Positions 25,626-34,753 of a stretch of 34,992 nt of DNA are shown piece after piece. Under the pieces are notes generated by a model, which made no database searches, was not told where the DNA came from, and worked only from the letters and a program-made list of their open reading frames with translations. The DNA lies in IMG/VR virus record IMGVR_UViG_3300032212_000097, positions 1 through 34,992 of that record; one strand, written 5' to 3'. This DNA is from a virus (lineage: Duplodnaviria; Caudoviricetes). Position 1 is the first letter of the stretch. Each line of letters opens with the position of its first letter. The position numbers and the translations under genes were made by a program.

Positions 25626-27269
25626 TTATTTACGCGTTAAAGCGTTTAGGGCTTTCCGTGCTTCAGCAGGCGACATTGCCATGATTTTTTTCATCACATC
25701 CGGTGGAACGTCTTTGAGCTTGGAGATCGGAATATCTTTGTTTCCGGCCATAAGAGCCCCTAATTCACTTTGACCATATTTATTGGATAATTCACGGGTC
25801 TTTAGAACGTCAGGCAATGACTTTGGCGCATTGTCGCCGACGCCCTCGATCGTCTTTAAGAGCTTTTCAGCCTTACCGCGGGCAAGTAATTTCTGGCCAT
25901 ATCGTGCGCCAGTTCCAATGGCCGGAACCGCCGCACCACCAACGATGCCACCGCCAGCTGTTGTGGCGGCCGCGCCACCAAGAACAGGAAGGGCAGTGTT
26001 TCCGATACGTGAATTGCCAAGATCGATACCGAACTTGCCAAGCATCTTCATAATACCTTCACCAAAGGATGTTGTGGCCGCCTCGTTCAAGGTCTCCATT
26101 TCCTCTTTCGTGAAACCACGTGTTTTCTTCGGGTTGTTTACAAACTTTTTCAGCTCGCGCTTCAAGTAATTTGCGTCACCGTCAGACTTGCGGACAATGT
26201 CAGTGATTTGATTGAATTTGCTTTGACGTGCCCACTCACTGCGGCCAAGGTTCAAGGCGTCAATTGCTTCCTGTGTACCTTCCATGAGGTCTTTATGGTT
26301 GATGTTCCCCATAGCGTCATCAATTGAGCGCATCAACAAAGAAGCTTTGCGAGCGTTGACTTTATCCGTGTAGTTTCCGGCAACTTCTCCGAACAGCTGG
26401 CGCCATTGGTCAAGACCTTCAAGCGTCAAATCCGTCTTTTTCATTTCCTTTTTCATGTCAGACATGAGGCCAACAACTTTGTCATGCAAACGAGGGTTTA
26501 GCTTGCCGTCACTGACAAGGTCGCTTTCCAATTGTTTGATAATTTTTTGGGAAACTTGAGGCTTAAACTTCGCACCTGATTCACGGAAGTATGAATATGC
26601 CTGTTTTGAACGGTCTTTGATTGTGTTTGCGGCTTGTTCTAAGGCTTCGACGTCTCTTGCACGGAAACCTTTGTAGAGGTTTTTTGTTCCTCCGGCAACG
26701 TGTTTTACCGCTGCGCCGCCGCCAATAACAGTGGGAGCAAGAACAGCGCTAGTAAGAGCCATTTCCCCTCCTGCTTTGAGACGTTCGTCGAGGTCTCCCT
26801 CGGCTGAACCAGCCCCGTAAGTAAAGCCGGAAGGCGCAGAGACAGCCGCCCCTTTCGCCATACGCGTTGGGAGCTTTCCACTAGAAAGCCAACGTGCAAT
26901 CTTACTTCCGGTTTTTGTTGCGGCTCCTGTAACACCTGTGCTTAAAGCTCCTGTCATTTCTGCGACGGTTGATGCGACTGGGTGTTGTTCCCGTTGCGCT
27001 TCCATTTCGCGGTGGGAGAAATCTTGCTCCTCGGCGAAAGCGTCTTTGAAGTTGTCACCTCTTATAGCACGAGCACCGGAGCGGTACAAGTCACCTAGAT
27101 CGTCGCCAAAGCCCATGGTAAGGCCTTGGTCGAACATATTGTACAGGGTTTTGTGTAAACCTTGCTCGGGTGCCGGAGCCTCAACAACAGCTTCTTCCTG
27201 CGGTGCAGGCGCATACTGTTCCCAAGGCTTAGGCGCTTTTTCTGATCCGTATTGTTCCCAAGGTTTCAT
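25626..27269 (-). CDS. Internal virion/DNA ejection protein
   Basis: G/A-rich helical protein with KPWEQY repeats; position matches P22 ejection genes. Confidence 0.7.
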   Translation of the reverse strand: MKPWEQYGSEKAPKPWEQYAPAPQEEAVVEAPAPEQGLHKTLYNMFDQGLTMGFGDDLGDLYRSGARAIRGDNFKDAFAEEQDFSHREMEAQREQHPVASTVAEMTGALSTGVTGAATKTGSKIARWLSSGKLPTRMAKGAAVSAPSGFTYGAGSAEGDLDERLKAGGEMALTSAVLAPTVIGGGAAVKHVAGGTKNLYKGFRARDVEALEQAANTIKDRSKQAYSYFRESGAKFKPQVSQKIIKQLESDLVSDGKLNPRLHDKVVGLMSDMKKEMKKTDLTLEGLDQWRQLFGEVAGNYTDKVNARKASLLMRSIDDAMGNINHKDLMEGTQEAIDALNLGRSEWARQSKFNQITDIVRKSDGDANYLKRELKKFVNNPKKTRGFTKEEMETLNEAATTSFGEGIMKMLGKFGIDLGNSRIGNTALPVLGGAAATTAGGGIVGGAAVPAIGTGARYGQKLLARGKAEKLLKTIEGVGDNAPKSLPDVLKTRELSNKYGQSELGALMAGNKDIPISKLKDVPPDVMKKIMAMSPAEARKALNALTRK

Positions 27270-28267
27270 TATTGCACCTTCTTCCAATTCTCTTGTTTTG
27301 ATGGGTCCCCACCTGTGTACATGTAATCGCCTTGACGTGTTCCGGGCTTAGGCGCTTGGGTGTTTGGTGTTTCATTCGGCGTTACTGTATATGGGTTTTC
27401 TGCTCGTGTTCTAGCTCTCACGAGGCCGTCACGGACATATCTTTCAAACTCTTGCGCGGCTTCAATAAACTCTTCCTCGGAAGTTGATCTATTCATGCGT
27501 GACAAGGCTTGTGTTGCTTTTTGTCCTTCGATCTCGGTAATAACACCACCACCTTTTAACCCTTCATATGCTTCCATGAATTGCTTGCCGTGGGCTTGTT
27601 CGTACAGAGCCATAAATCCTGCGGCATCCGTACCCGGAATAATTGGCAAGACAGAGCTTCCGCCTGTTGCATATTCACGACCTGGGTGATTTTGCATCTT
27701 ATCCAAGGTATCAAGCATGTAACCAGCCTGAGCCTCATAGCCCGGAAGGTTGGCGCGCGCTTCATCCATTGCCTTTTGACGGGCATTGGCGGCATCTAAT
27801 GCAGGTTGGTTTTCGATCTTCGAGCTAAAGACAGCGTCGCTTTCTGCGCCTTTAATTTGGGGGTTCATAGCCAAATCGACGTTTTTCTCAGCTTGAGCTT
27901 TCGCGCCCGCTCGCCATGGCTCGTGTTGATCTTTAGCAGTCTCTGTACCGCTTTGTTCGCCGTACTTCTTCCCGTAGCCAATTTGACCCAAAGCATCGCC
28001 ATAACCTCCCATAGCAATTACACGGCCGCTCTCGTCACGGATAAGGCCTTTATCCATGGACTTTGAAGCAACCATGAGATCATTCACGCGCTGAGTGTCG
28101 CCAGAGGCGCGCGCTTTTTGAATCTCATTGGCCAATTTAACGGCCGCGGGATCTTGTCCGGTCGCTTTTACTTGTGCCGCCCGTTTCCGCTCTTGGAACA
28201 ATTCCTCTTCACGGTCAAAGTCAGCCTTGGTTTTAATCTTGTGGAATACGCTTAAATCTACTCCCAT
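27269..28267 (-). CDS. Internal virion/DNA ejection protein
   Basis: LKGGGVITEIEGQKA; C-terminal YTGGDPS..ENW; AGGAGG RBS. Confidence 0.7.
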   Translation of the reverse strand: MGVDLSVFHKIKTKADFDREEELFQERKRAAQVKATGQDPAAVKLANEIQKARASGDTQRVNDLMVASKSMDKGLIRDESGRVIAMGGYGDALGQIGYGKKYGEQSGTETAKDQHEPWRAGAKAQAEKNVDLAMNPQIKGAESDAVFSSKIENQPALDAANARQKAMDEARANLPGYEAQAGYMLDTLDKMQNHPGREYATGGSSVLPIIPGTDAAGFMALYEQAHGKQFMEAYEGLKGGGVITEIEGQKATQALSRMNRSTSEEEFIEAAQEFERYVRDGLVRARTRAENPYTVTPNETPNTQAPKPGTRQGDYMYTGGDPSKQENWKKVQ

Positions 28268-28279
28268 AATGAGCCTCCT

Positions 28280-29176
28280 TTATTGGTAAATTGGGGTTCC
28301 GTCGTCTTTGTAGCCAACGATTGTTTTATTACCTGTCAGGGCGTTTGAAAGCGCACCTGTTAGGATGTTGTTTTTCGCCAATTTCGAATTCGCTTGAATG
28401 TTGCCGATATTGTCGTAAACGCCTGCTTGCGCACCTGTTGCCAATCTGCCTTGTTCAGCAAGTTGGAAGTTGCGGCCGAATGCGTCGTTGTATGTTTGAT
28501 CGGCTACACCTTGGCCATACTCTTGCGCGGCTTTCAATGCTTGCCCTGAGTACAAGTTCCCAGAGGCAGACTGAGCGCGATTTAACGCTTGCTCGCCTTG
28601 GCTCAATCGGAATTTATAACCCGGGTCATTCTCAAGGGCTGTTTGATCAAAGTTGTTCAGCGTGTTCAGGGCATTATGGCCGGATGTTGTATACGGCTTA
28701 AATAATTCCTCTGATCGTTGCTGTTGGGCAATCAAACTTTTCTTGATATCGTCTTGCGTGTCATTTGCGGCAAATGCGCTGAGCAAATCCGGAGCACTAC
28801 GAGCCAGAGAACCGATAGCCTGTGATGCACCACCGGAAAGGCCACGTGTCAGAGAGCCTAAGAGACCAGAACCTTGGGTCGGACCGACACCACCTGCAAG
28901 CGGTGTGCCTGCAACAGTTCCAAGAATACTGCGGCCACCACTTAGGGCACTTCTCAGACCACTTGAAAGACTTGAGCCTGTGCTACTTAGGGCGCCAGTT
29001 GCTCCGCTAACTGCAGAACCCAAACCACCTGTAAGACCACCAATAAGGGCGCTTTTTAAACCGCCTCCGCCTGCAAGTCCACCCGCGGCACCACCAAGAA
29101 CAGCACCGACCGGACCGAATGCGGCTCCTACGACTGGTGCGGCTACTCTTACAATTCTTCTGACTGTATCACCCAT
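28280..29176 (-). CDS. DNA transfer (pilot) protein, gp7-like
   Basis: Gly-rich N-terminus; PY...G..ALN, DPGYKFRL.QG..AL...SASG.L.SG.ALK. Confidence 0.78.
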   Translation of the reverse strand: MGDTVRRIVRVAAPVVGAAFGPVGAVLGGAAGGLAGGGGLKSALIGGLTGGLGSAVSGATGALSSTGSSLSSGLRSALSGGRSILGTVAGTPLAGGVGPTQGSGLLGSLTRGLSGGASQAIGSLARSAPDLLSAFAANDTQDDIKKSLIAQQQRSEELFKPYTTSGHNALNTLNNFDQTALENDPGYKFRLSQGEQALNRAQSASGNLYSGQALKAAQEYGQGVADQTYNDAFGRNFQLAEQGRLATGAQAGVYDNIGNIQANSKLAKNNILTGALSNALTGNKTIVGYKDDGTPIYQ

Positions 29177-29615
29177 TATAAATACTCCATTTGACTGATG
29201 TTTGTTCGTAACCGCACATCGATAAAAGACGACCAATTCGTCTGTCCTTTACGGACATGCTGATTTTGTTGACACCTATGTTTTTCAGGGCGTCAGTTGC
29301 TTTTTGTAGAAGCTCGACTATTAGCTTGCCGCGGTGTTTTTTTGACACATAAGTCGCAACAGCTTGGGCTTCGTTATATTTTTTGTAATTCGGGTTGCTA
29401 TCGATCGTGTAAAACGAGTAAGCAATGATTTTTCTGTCTTTGCGGGCTATCTGCCCCCAACATTTTCCGAGTTGGCTTGCGTATAGGTAGTAATCCCAAT
29501 CAATGCCAATCTCTTCATGGTCTTTTGGCTCTTCCAGTTCATCCATATGATCGCCGGAAAGCGCCACGATTTCGTTTGAAACCGTGTGAAAAGGTACAAA
29601 TTCAAATTCGATCAT
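29169..29615 (-). CDS. GNAT-fold acetyltransferase-like morphogenesis protein
   Basis: IDWDYY...ARKD.KIIAY...YVSKKHRG...GY; position matches P22 gp14/T7 gp13. Confidence 0.68.
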   Translation of the reverse strand: MIEFEFVPFHTVSNEIVALSGDHMDELEEPKDHEEIGIDWDYYLYASQLGKCWGQIARKDRKIIAYSFYTIDSNPNYKKYNEAQAVATYVSKKHRGKLIVELLQKATDALKNIGVNKISMSVKDRRIGRLLSMCGYEQTSVKWSIYNG

Positions 29616-30043
29616 TTTGCCTCTGCAATACCGACAATGGTTAGAGGGTTGGTAACTGTTGTCCATCCGGGCACATAGATTTTGTTTGTGCCTTCTTGAA
29701 CAATTCCGCTATTTGATCCAAGGTTTCCGGTAACAGCAAAACACACACCATTTCTGGTTACGTTGAGTGGAAAGTTGTCTACAAATGTTGTGCCTGCTGT
29801 GGCCGAAGTGTTAGTGGCCGGCACAATGTGAATGTGAAAATAAACAATTTCCTGTGACAATTTGAAAAAGCGGCCTGTGATAGTTGCATCACCTCCGACC
29901 TCTGTTAAACCGTCAAAGGTTGGTTCCCACACTTCGCCTGTGTCACCGATAGGGAACTGATTAAAGAATAGGAGCCATGCCAAAGATGGGCGGCCGTCCT
30001 GATCAATCATGACTTCCGTTGTAGGCGGTTCTTGTAAACTCAT
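29612..30043 (-). CDS. Putative tail needle/plug-like structural protein
   Basis: Follows the gp10-like gene; N-terminal PP...D.DGRPSLAW..FF and a beta-rich knob. Confidence 0.55.
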   Translation of the reverse strand: MSLQEPPTTEVMIDQDGRPSLAWLLFFNQFPIGDTGEVWEPTFDGLTEVGGDATITGRFFKLSQEIVYFHIHIVPATNTSATAGTTFVDNFPLNVTRNGVCFAVTGNLGSNSGIVQEGTNKIYVPGWTTVTNPLTIVGIAEAK

Positions 30044-31443
30044 CGTAGATATGCCCCCAAGAATGAAACGGGTACCGGATCGGAAATACTGATCTTAAAT
30101 GTGACGGTCTCAGCAATTCCCAAACGTCTGTAACGTACTTTTGTATCGTATTCCCCTGCTTTACCAATGCTGGCAAGGCTTTGAGCTCCAAAGGTACGCG
30201 CCATGTCTTTGCTGATAGATAGCCCAAGCATAGGGTCTGAACCTTGGCCGGATTGCAGGCCGACACCTGTTTTCATTGAAATTGTTAACTCGTTCAAACG
30301 GATGCGTTGATCCTCATTGCTTAAATGCGTGAAAATCCGCTCTCTCAGGATCGGCGAAGAATTATCGCTATACACATCAAGAGAAAGCTCATAAACTTTG
30401 CCGCTTTGACGATCACCAACAAGATGTTTGCCAAAAGCGAACATATGGCAGTTTCCAAGATGCTGTTCAAAATCTCCGTCCTCGTTCAAGAATGCGCGTT
30501 CATGCCATAGGCCTGTTGTCAGGTCATACACAAGAGATGTTTCAAGCCCTCCGCCTGTCAGAACGTAGAATACATGGCCTTCTTGCTGATAACACCAAGC
30601 TCGCATGTTTTCCAAATCTGTTGCTTTTTGTATGGCGTACTCGATCGCGTCTGTTGAAATGCGATGTGGTGTGAAACCTCTTGCACGGTACACGATGCCA
30701 CTACCGAATTTGTCACGACCAACCCAGAATAGGGCGGTATCAACTTCAATCGCTGTATGAGGTGCAAGAATACCCGTGGTCATAACAGCGCCTGCAATGC
30801 GTTGGAATGGGAATGTGCTTGCGCCTGTGTTCGTCCAGACTTCACCTGTGACACCACCCAAAAGCCACAATTGGCCAAGGGCATTGATTACCCGTAAAAG
30901 CTTATCTGGTTTTGCTTCTGCGGTTGCAAATTCAAGGGCTTGCCATGATGAGCCATTCCCTACGTCTGAGATAAAGAAAATGCCTGTGCCGTTTTGGTTT
31001 ACTACAAAATAACTATCAATTGCGGTCACAGTCCCAACAGAGCTTGGAAAGTCTGTATCAGTTACCTTGGCAAAGGTGTTTGTGGCATAGGTGAAGATGT
31101 AAAGAGATTTTCCGTCACAAACCGCAAGCTGTGTTGCGTTTTCATCCATTGTGACGTTACCAGAGCTTTGCTCAATGGTGCCGCGCTCGGTTGCTGTTCC
31201 TGCACTGTCGAGCTCATATAGCTTGGTGCCAGAAACGATAAAGGCGCGTTCATTGCTTGCAACAAAACCTTGTCTTACTGCGCCAATTCCTGCCTCAGCG
31301 AAAAGGCGAAGACCTGGTGTTCCTTCTAAAGAAGAAATTTCTTTCCCTTTTGGGTCAGAGATAGGGTACAGGTTAACTGTTCTTTGGGCGTCAAATGGCA
31401 AGCTACGCATTTGATATGAAGCACCGACCAAGCCTATTTTCAT
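30040..31443 (-). CDS. Tail hub/DNA stabilization protein (P22 gp10-like)
   Basis: 467 aa beta-rich; VNLYP, TPGL, FATAEAKPD, YQQEGH.FY, YDLTT..WHER, R.RRLG. Confidence 0.85.
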   Translation of the reverse strand: MKIGLVGASYQMRSLPFDAQRTVNLYPISDPKGKEISSLEGTPGLRLFAEAGIGAVRQGFVASNERAFIVSGTKLYELDSAGTATERGTIEQSSGNVTMDENATQLAVCDGKSLYIFTYATNTFAKVTDTDFPSSVGTVTAIDSYFVVNQNGTGIFFISDVGNGSSWQALEFATAEAKPDKLLRVINALGQLWLLGGVTGEVWTNTGASTFPFQRIAGAVMTTGILAPHTAIEVDTALFWVGRDKFGSGIVYRARGFTPHRISTDAIEYAIQKATDLENMRAWCYQQEGHVFYVLTGGGLETSLVYDLTTGLWHERAFLNEDGDFEQHLGNCHMFAFGKHLVGDRQSGKVYELSLDVYSDNSSPILRERIFTHLSNEDQRIRLNELTISMKTGVGLQSGQGSDPMLGLSISKDMARTFGAQSLASIGKAGEYDTKVRYRRLGIAETVTFKISISDPVPVSFLGAYLR

Positions 31444-32126
31444 TGATTGTTATATCCCGTGTAGATGTTTTGAGTGCGGCCGCCTTTGTTGCCATCCATG
31501 CTTTTGTTTTTGATTACAGCACGGGCAATAGCGCCTTTTGACTGTCTTGCCACCTTTTCAACACTCGGTTTGACTGGCTGGTCAAACTCTGGCGCCATCT
31601 CAATAGCCAAGTTATAAATCAAGGCGCGTCTCCATCCGGGCGGAAGGTTGACGGTGTCGTTTAATGAGAATGAGGTGAGGGGTTTTTCGCTTACAAGATA
31701 AAGTGTGTATCCGGCAACAGGGGCAGGATGGAACTTGATCGTGGCGGTAGGAAATCCGTTATTGTAGTTCAAACAATCAGGAATGCCCGCGGTATCTTTC
31801 TGTGTGATTTGCGCGTATGCGGCGTCTGTGATGATATCCAAAGGATAATCTGTTGAACCACTGCGTACATAGGCTGAAACAATATGCACGGGTGGTGTCG
31901 TGTCGAATGTTGCGCCCACACCAATGGTGTAAGCCAAGGCACTGGTCAGAGGGAAACTCTCCTCAGTGCGCACGTTAACAATGATGGATTCTGTTGACCA
32001 TGACGCCAAGAGGTCATTCAACATTTCCAGACCGTCCGCCGCTTCGTCGGAGTCTGGGCTCTCATTTTTCGTGAGAGCCCCGACTTTCCGCATAGCGGAG
32101 GTGATTAAACCAAGTGCTGTACCCAC
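31440..32126 (-). CDS. Head-to-tail adaptor (P22 gp4-like)
   Basis: LITSAMRKVG...DGLEMLNDLLASW...LP.GWRRALIYNLAIEMAPEF. Confidence 0.8.
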   Translation of the reverse strand: MGTALGLITSAMRKVGALTKNESPDSDEAADGLEMLNDLLASWSTESIIVNVRTEESFPLTSALAYTIGVGATFDTTPPVHIVSAYVRSGSTDYPLDIITDAAYAQITQKDTAGIPDCLNYNNGFPTATIKFHPAPVAGYTLYLVSEKPLTSFSLNDTVNLPPGWRRALIYNLAIEMAPEFDQPVKPSVEKVARQSKGAIARAVIKNKSMDGNKGGRTQNIYTGYNNQ

Positions 32127-32129
32127 TGT

Positions 32130-32459
32130 TTACTCACTTCCTTGCTTTTGCAATTCATCTTCAATCAAAGCCGCAAGTTTCTTTGCGCCCAATTGAGGGT
32201 GATGTTTCAATTTCATTTGTTTGGCTTTTGCAACGAGTGCGTCACGGTCAAGTTCTGGCTCTTTATCGCCATCGCCATCGCCATTACCATTTTCGCCGTC
32301 ATTACCAGCATTGTCGCCGCCGTCATCTTTATTTTCATCAGGCTTATCGCCTTCCAGTTTGAAACCTTCTGCTTCACACGCTTCAATGCGTTCAGGTTGA
32401 TCCGCGTCGATTAGTTTTGTTTCATCGCCACGGACGAGTGTTACTTGATCTTTAGACAT
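32130..32459 (-). CDS. Small acidic protein with C-terminal HeH-like domain
   Basis: D/G/N linker then RDALVAKAKQMKLKHHPQLGAKKL; GAAGGA RBS. Confidence 0.7.
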   Translation of the reverse strand: MSKDQVTLVRGDETKLIDADQPERIEACEAEGFKLEGDKPDENKDDGGDNAGNDGENGNGDGDGDKEPELDRDALVAKAKQMKLKHHPQLGAKKLAALIEDELQKQGSE

Positions 32460-32522
32460 TTCTGTTCCTTCCAAAAACATGGCAGATATTTACGTTTTGT
32501 TGGGTTACCTGCCTAAACCCAG

Positions 32523-32550
32523 AAAAAATGGGAGAGCCGAAGCCCTCCCA
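32523..32550 (-). terminator. Intrinsic terminator after the coat gene
   Basis: UGGGAGGGC-UUCG-GCUCUCCCA plus U6. Confidence 0.85.
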
Positions 32551-32575
32551 AGTCAGTAAAAATAACTAAGCGAAG

Positions 32576-33811
32576 TTAGCTATAAATGCGGTTTGCAAAT
32601 TCAGGGCGATCCGCTACCAGACCACCAAGAACATCAAGGCGAGTAATCATCTTGCGCGTTTTGATATCAAAATCACGAATGATCGCAACTGTAATACCTT
32701 TGTATGTTTCCTGAGCCGCGAACTCAGCCTTTTCAGGCATCACTAGCGGAACAGTACACACGCGGAATGCGCTTTTGTGATACTGCAAGTTCTGCACGTA
32801 TGCACCATCGGCGGCACCCATGATTGTGATTGCGGCGTTATCAGCTGGCAAAGCATCAACGTTTTGCAAGCCGTCAGAACCCGCGTAAATAGCTGGGCTA
32901 ATAGCAACGTCTGCATCGCCTGAACCGTCCGCTGTCACGTCTGCTGTTACCACAAACTGTTGTAAGTGTGTGTAAGCGACTTTTGTGATTGGGTGAACGG
33001 CGTAAACGCCTGCGATTGTGAACACAGTACCTTTTGTCAAAGTACCTGTTGAAGTGGTCAGGCCATCAACATGGATTGTGCTTGCGCCTTCTGCTGTTGA
33101 ACCATCCATAGCAACGCCTGTTACGTCGTTACCATTTGTGTGAACGTTCATCAATTCGCTTTCCATCCAGTTGAACCCGTCAGCACGGCCAATAAAGCCT
33201 TCTTTGTACTGCTTTGCAATTTCGGAAGCGTCTTGAAAACTACCTTTACGATCATCAACAGCGGATGCGCCAGCTTCACTTTCAAACAAGTTAAAGCGTC
33301 CCATTCCTTTAGGAGCCATTCCCTTGTTCAAACGTGTACGACCAGCCAAAACAACTTGCGTTGTAAACGCTGTCGAGCCTGGTGTTCCATTCGCGTTATA
33401 GACAGCGTCTGTAGCTTTTTCGACACACCGTCTTTCAAAGTCGTGCGCAATGGATTCCATGGCAGGGCGGACAACACGTTTAATTGTGTCTTTCAACTGA
33501 ATTTCAGTAGCGAACTCCATAGAGGTGATGTTCACACCAAGTGTTGAAATGATGTCAAGCGTCAAAGGTACTTTCTCTTCCACGATGTCCTGTTGGGTAC
33601 TCGTGATATCGAAAGAATCTTGAGGGACAAAACGGGCGGGTTTAGAGACGTATACTGTATCTCCGGCTCCGAAACCGTTGTTACCTTCAAATTCCTTTGC
33701 AGGAACCTTGTCAACAGACTTACAAAAAGCAATGTGGTCGTGAAGTGTTTTCGCCGCGGCCTTACAGATGGCACCCGGCGCGTCTTTCATATTATTAAGA
33801 TTATTAGGCAT
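32576..33811 (-). CDS. Major capsid protein (P22 gp5-like)
   Basis: 411 aa; GDTV.V.KPARF; insertion domain GTVFTIAGVYAVHPITK...LQQFVV; RLDVLGG...RPE. Confidence 0.9.
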   Translation of the reverse strand: MPNNLNNMKDAPGAICKAAAKTLHDHIAFCKSVDKVPAKEFEGNNGFGAGDTVYVSKPARFVPQDSFDITSTQQDIVEEKVPLTLDIISTLGVNITSMEFATEIQLKDTIKRVVRPAMESIAHDFERRCVEKATDAVYNANGTPGSTAFTTQVVLAGRTRLNKGMAPKGMGRFNLFESEAGASAVDDRKGSFQDASEIAKQYKEGFIGRADGFNWMESELMNVHTNGNDVTGVAMDGSTAEGASTIHVDGLTTSTGTLTKGTVFTIAGVYAVHPITKVAYTHLQQFVVTADVTADGSGDADVAISPAIYAGSDGLQNVDALPADNAAITIMGAADGAYVQNLQYHKSAFRVCTVPLVMPEKAEFAAQETYKGITVAIIRDFDIKTRKMITRLDVLGGLVADRPEFANRIYS

Positions 33812-33824
33812 TTAATTTCTCCAT

Positions 33825-33849
33825 AAAAAAAAGCCCCATAATTGGAGCT
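33825..33849 (-). terminator. Terminator-like hairpin before the coat RBS
   Basis: AGCUCCA-AUUA-UGGGGCU plus U-tract. Confidence 0.7.
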
Positions 33850-33877
33850 TGGTTAATGTTTTGGCTTCATTTTGCCT

Positions 33878-34753
33878 TTAAGAGTCAGCGTCAACCCACG
33901 CGTCAATCTCATCGGCAGTCTTTTCGGCTAGGCTTTTGCTTCCACTGCTTGCGGCTTGTGCGCCTGCAATTGGCTGTGGAGCTTCAGAGACCGTCGGTTT
34001 TTGCATTGCGGCAATCATGTCACGACCACGACCCTCAGCGAATGCGATTTCTCGCGCCGCCTGTACTGGTGTCATGTTCGCGATATCCTCAAGCTTTCCT
34101 TCCTTTGCAAGAGCGTAGAACGCCAGAGGCGCGTCTTCTGCTTCAAGCATTGTCATGATGAGCTCGGGACTAAAATTCTCCACAATGTCGATGTTCTCTT
34201 GTGTCACCTGTTCAAAATCACTTACCTCGGCAATGTATTGTTCAGCCTGTGCAGTAATGGCCTTTTCACGTTTTTCGACATGTATCTGCTGTCGTACATC
34301 CGCTTCAATTTCTTCCTGAGTTTTTGGCTGTTCCTGATTTTGATCTTGTTGTTGTTGATTACCGTTTTGGCCTGCATGAATAGCTAGAGCCTGCAAGTAT
34401 TCTCCATATGTTTCAAAATCAGTTTCTTTAGGGGCTTCCTGAGGTGGTGATTTAAGAGCATCAAGTTCAGCACGCATGGCTTGAAATTCTCGATCTCTTT
34501 CAGTTTGCGCGGCTCGCATCTTGGCAATTGTTTTGTCACGTCTTGCCATTGCGTTTTGCGCTTTTTTAGGCCACGGATCGTCAACTTTAGGGGCTTCCGG
34601 TTCCGCACCTTCTTCGGGTGCCTGTTCTTGCCCTTGTTCAGGATTTTGGTCTTGCTCAAGTGCTGGTTCAGGCGCTTGCTCGATTCCGGTTTCAGGTGTC
34701 TCCGTGACGTTCGCAACGTCCGTGACTTCTACCGCTTCGGCTGTTTCATTCAT
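33878..34753 (-). CDS. Scaffolding protein
   Basis: Acidic, helical; P.ETDFETYGEY..AL; lies between portal and coat; AAGGAG RBS. Confidence 0.85.
   Translation of the reverse strand: MNETAEAVEVTDVANVTETPETGIEQAPEPALEQDQNPEQGQEQAPEEGAEPEAPKVDDPWPKKAQNAMARRDKTIAKMRAAQTERDREFQAMRAELDALKSPPQEAPKETDFETYGEYLQALAIHAGQNGNQQQQDQNQEQPKTQEEIEADVRQQIHVEKREKAITAQAEQYIAEVSDFEQVTQENIDIVENFSPELIMTMLEAEDAPLAFYALAKEGKLEDIANMTPVQAAREIAFAEGRGRDMIAAMQKPTVSEAPQPIAGAQAASSGSKSLAEKTADEIDAWVDADS

Noticed and set aside
29169-29615. GNAT toxin of a toxin-antitoxin pair
   Set aside because: No antitoxin neighbour; the position matches GNAT-like morphogenesis genes of podophages.
3877-30650. CGATCG enrichment (HIP1-like)
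   Set aside because: A manual count gave only about 14 sites, too weak to call without computation.
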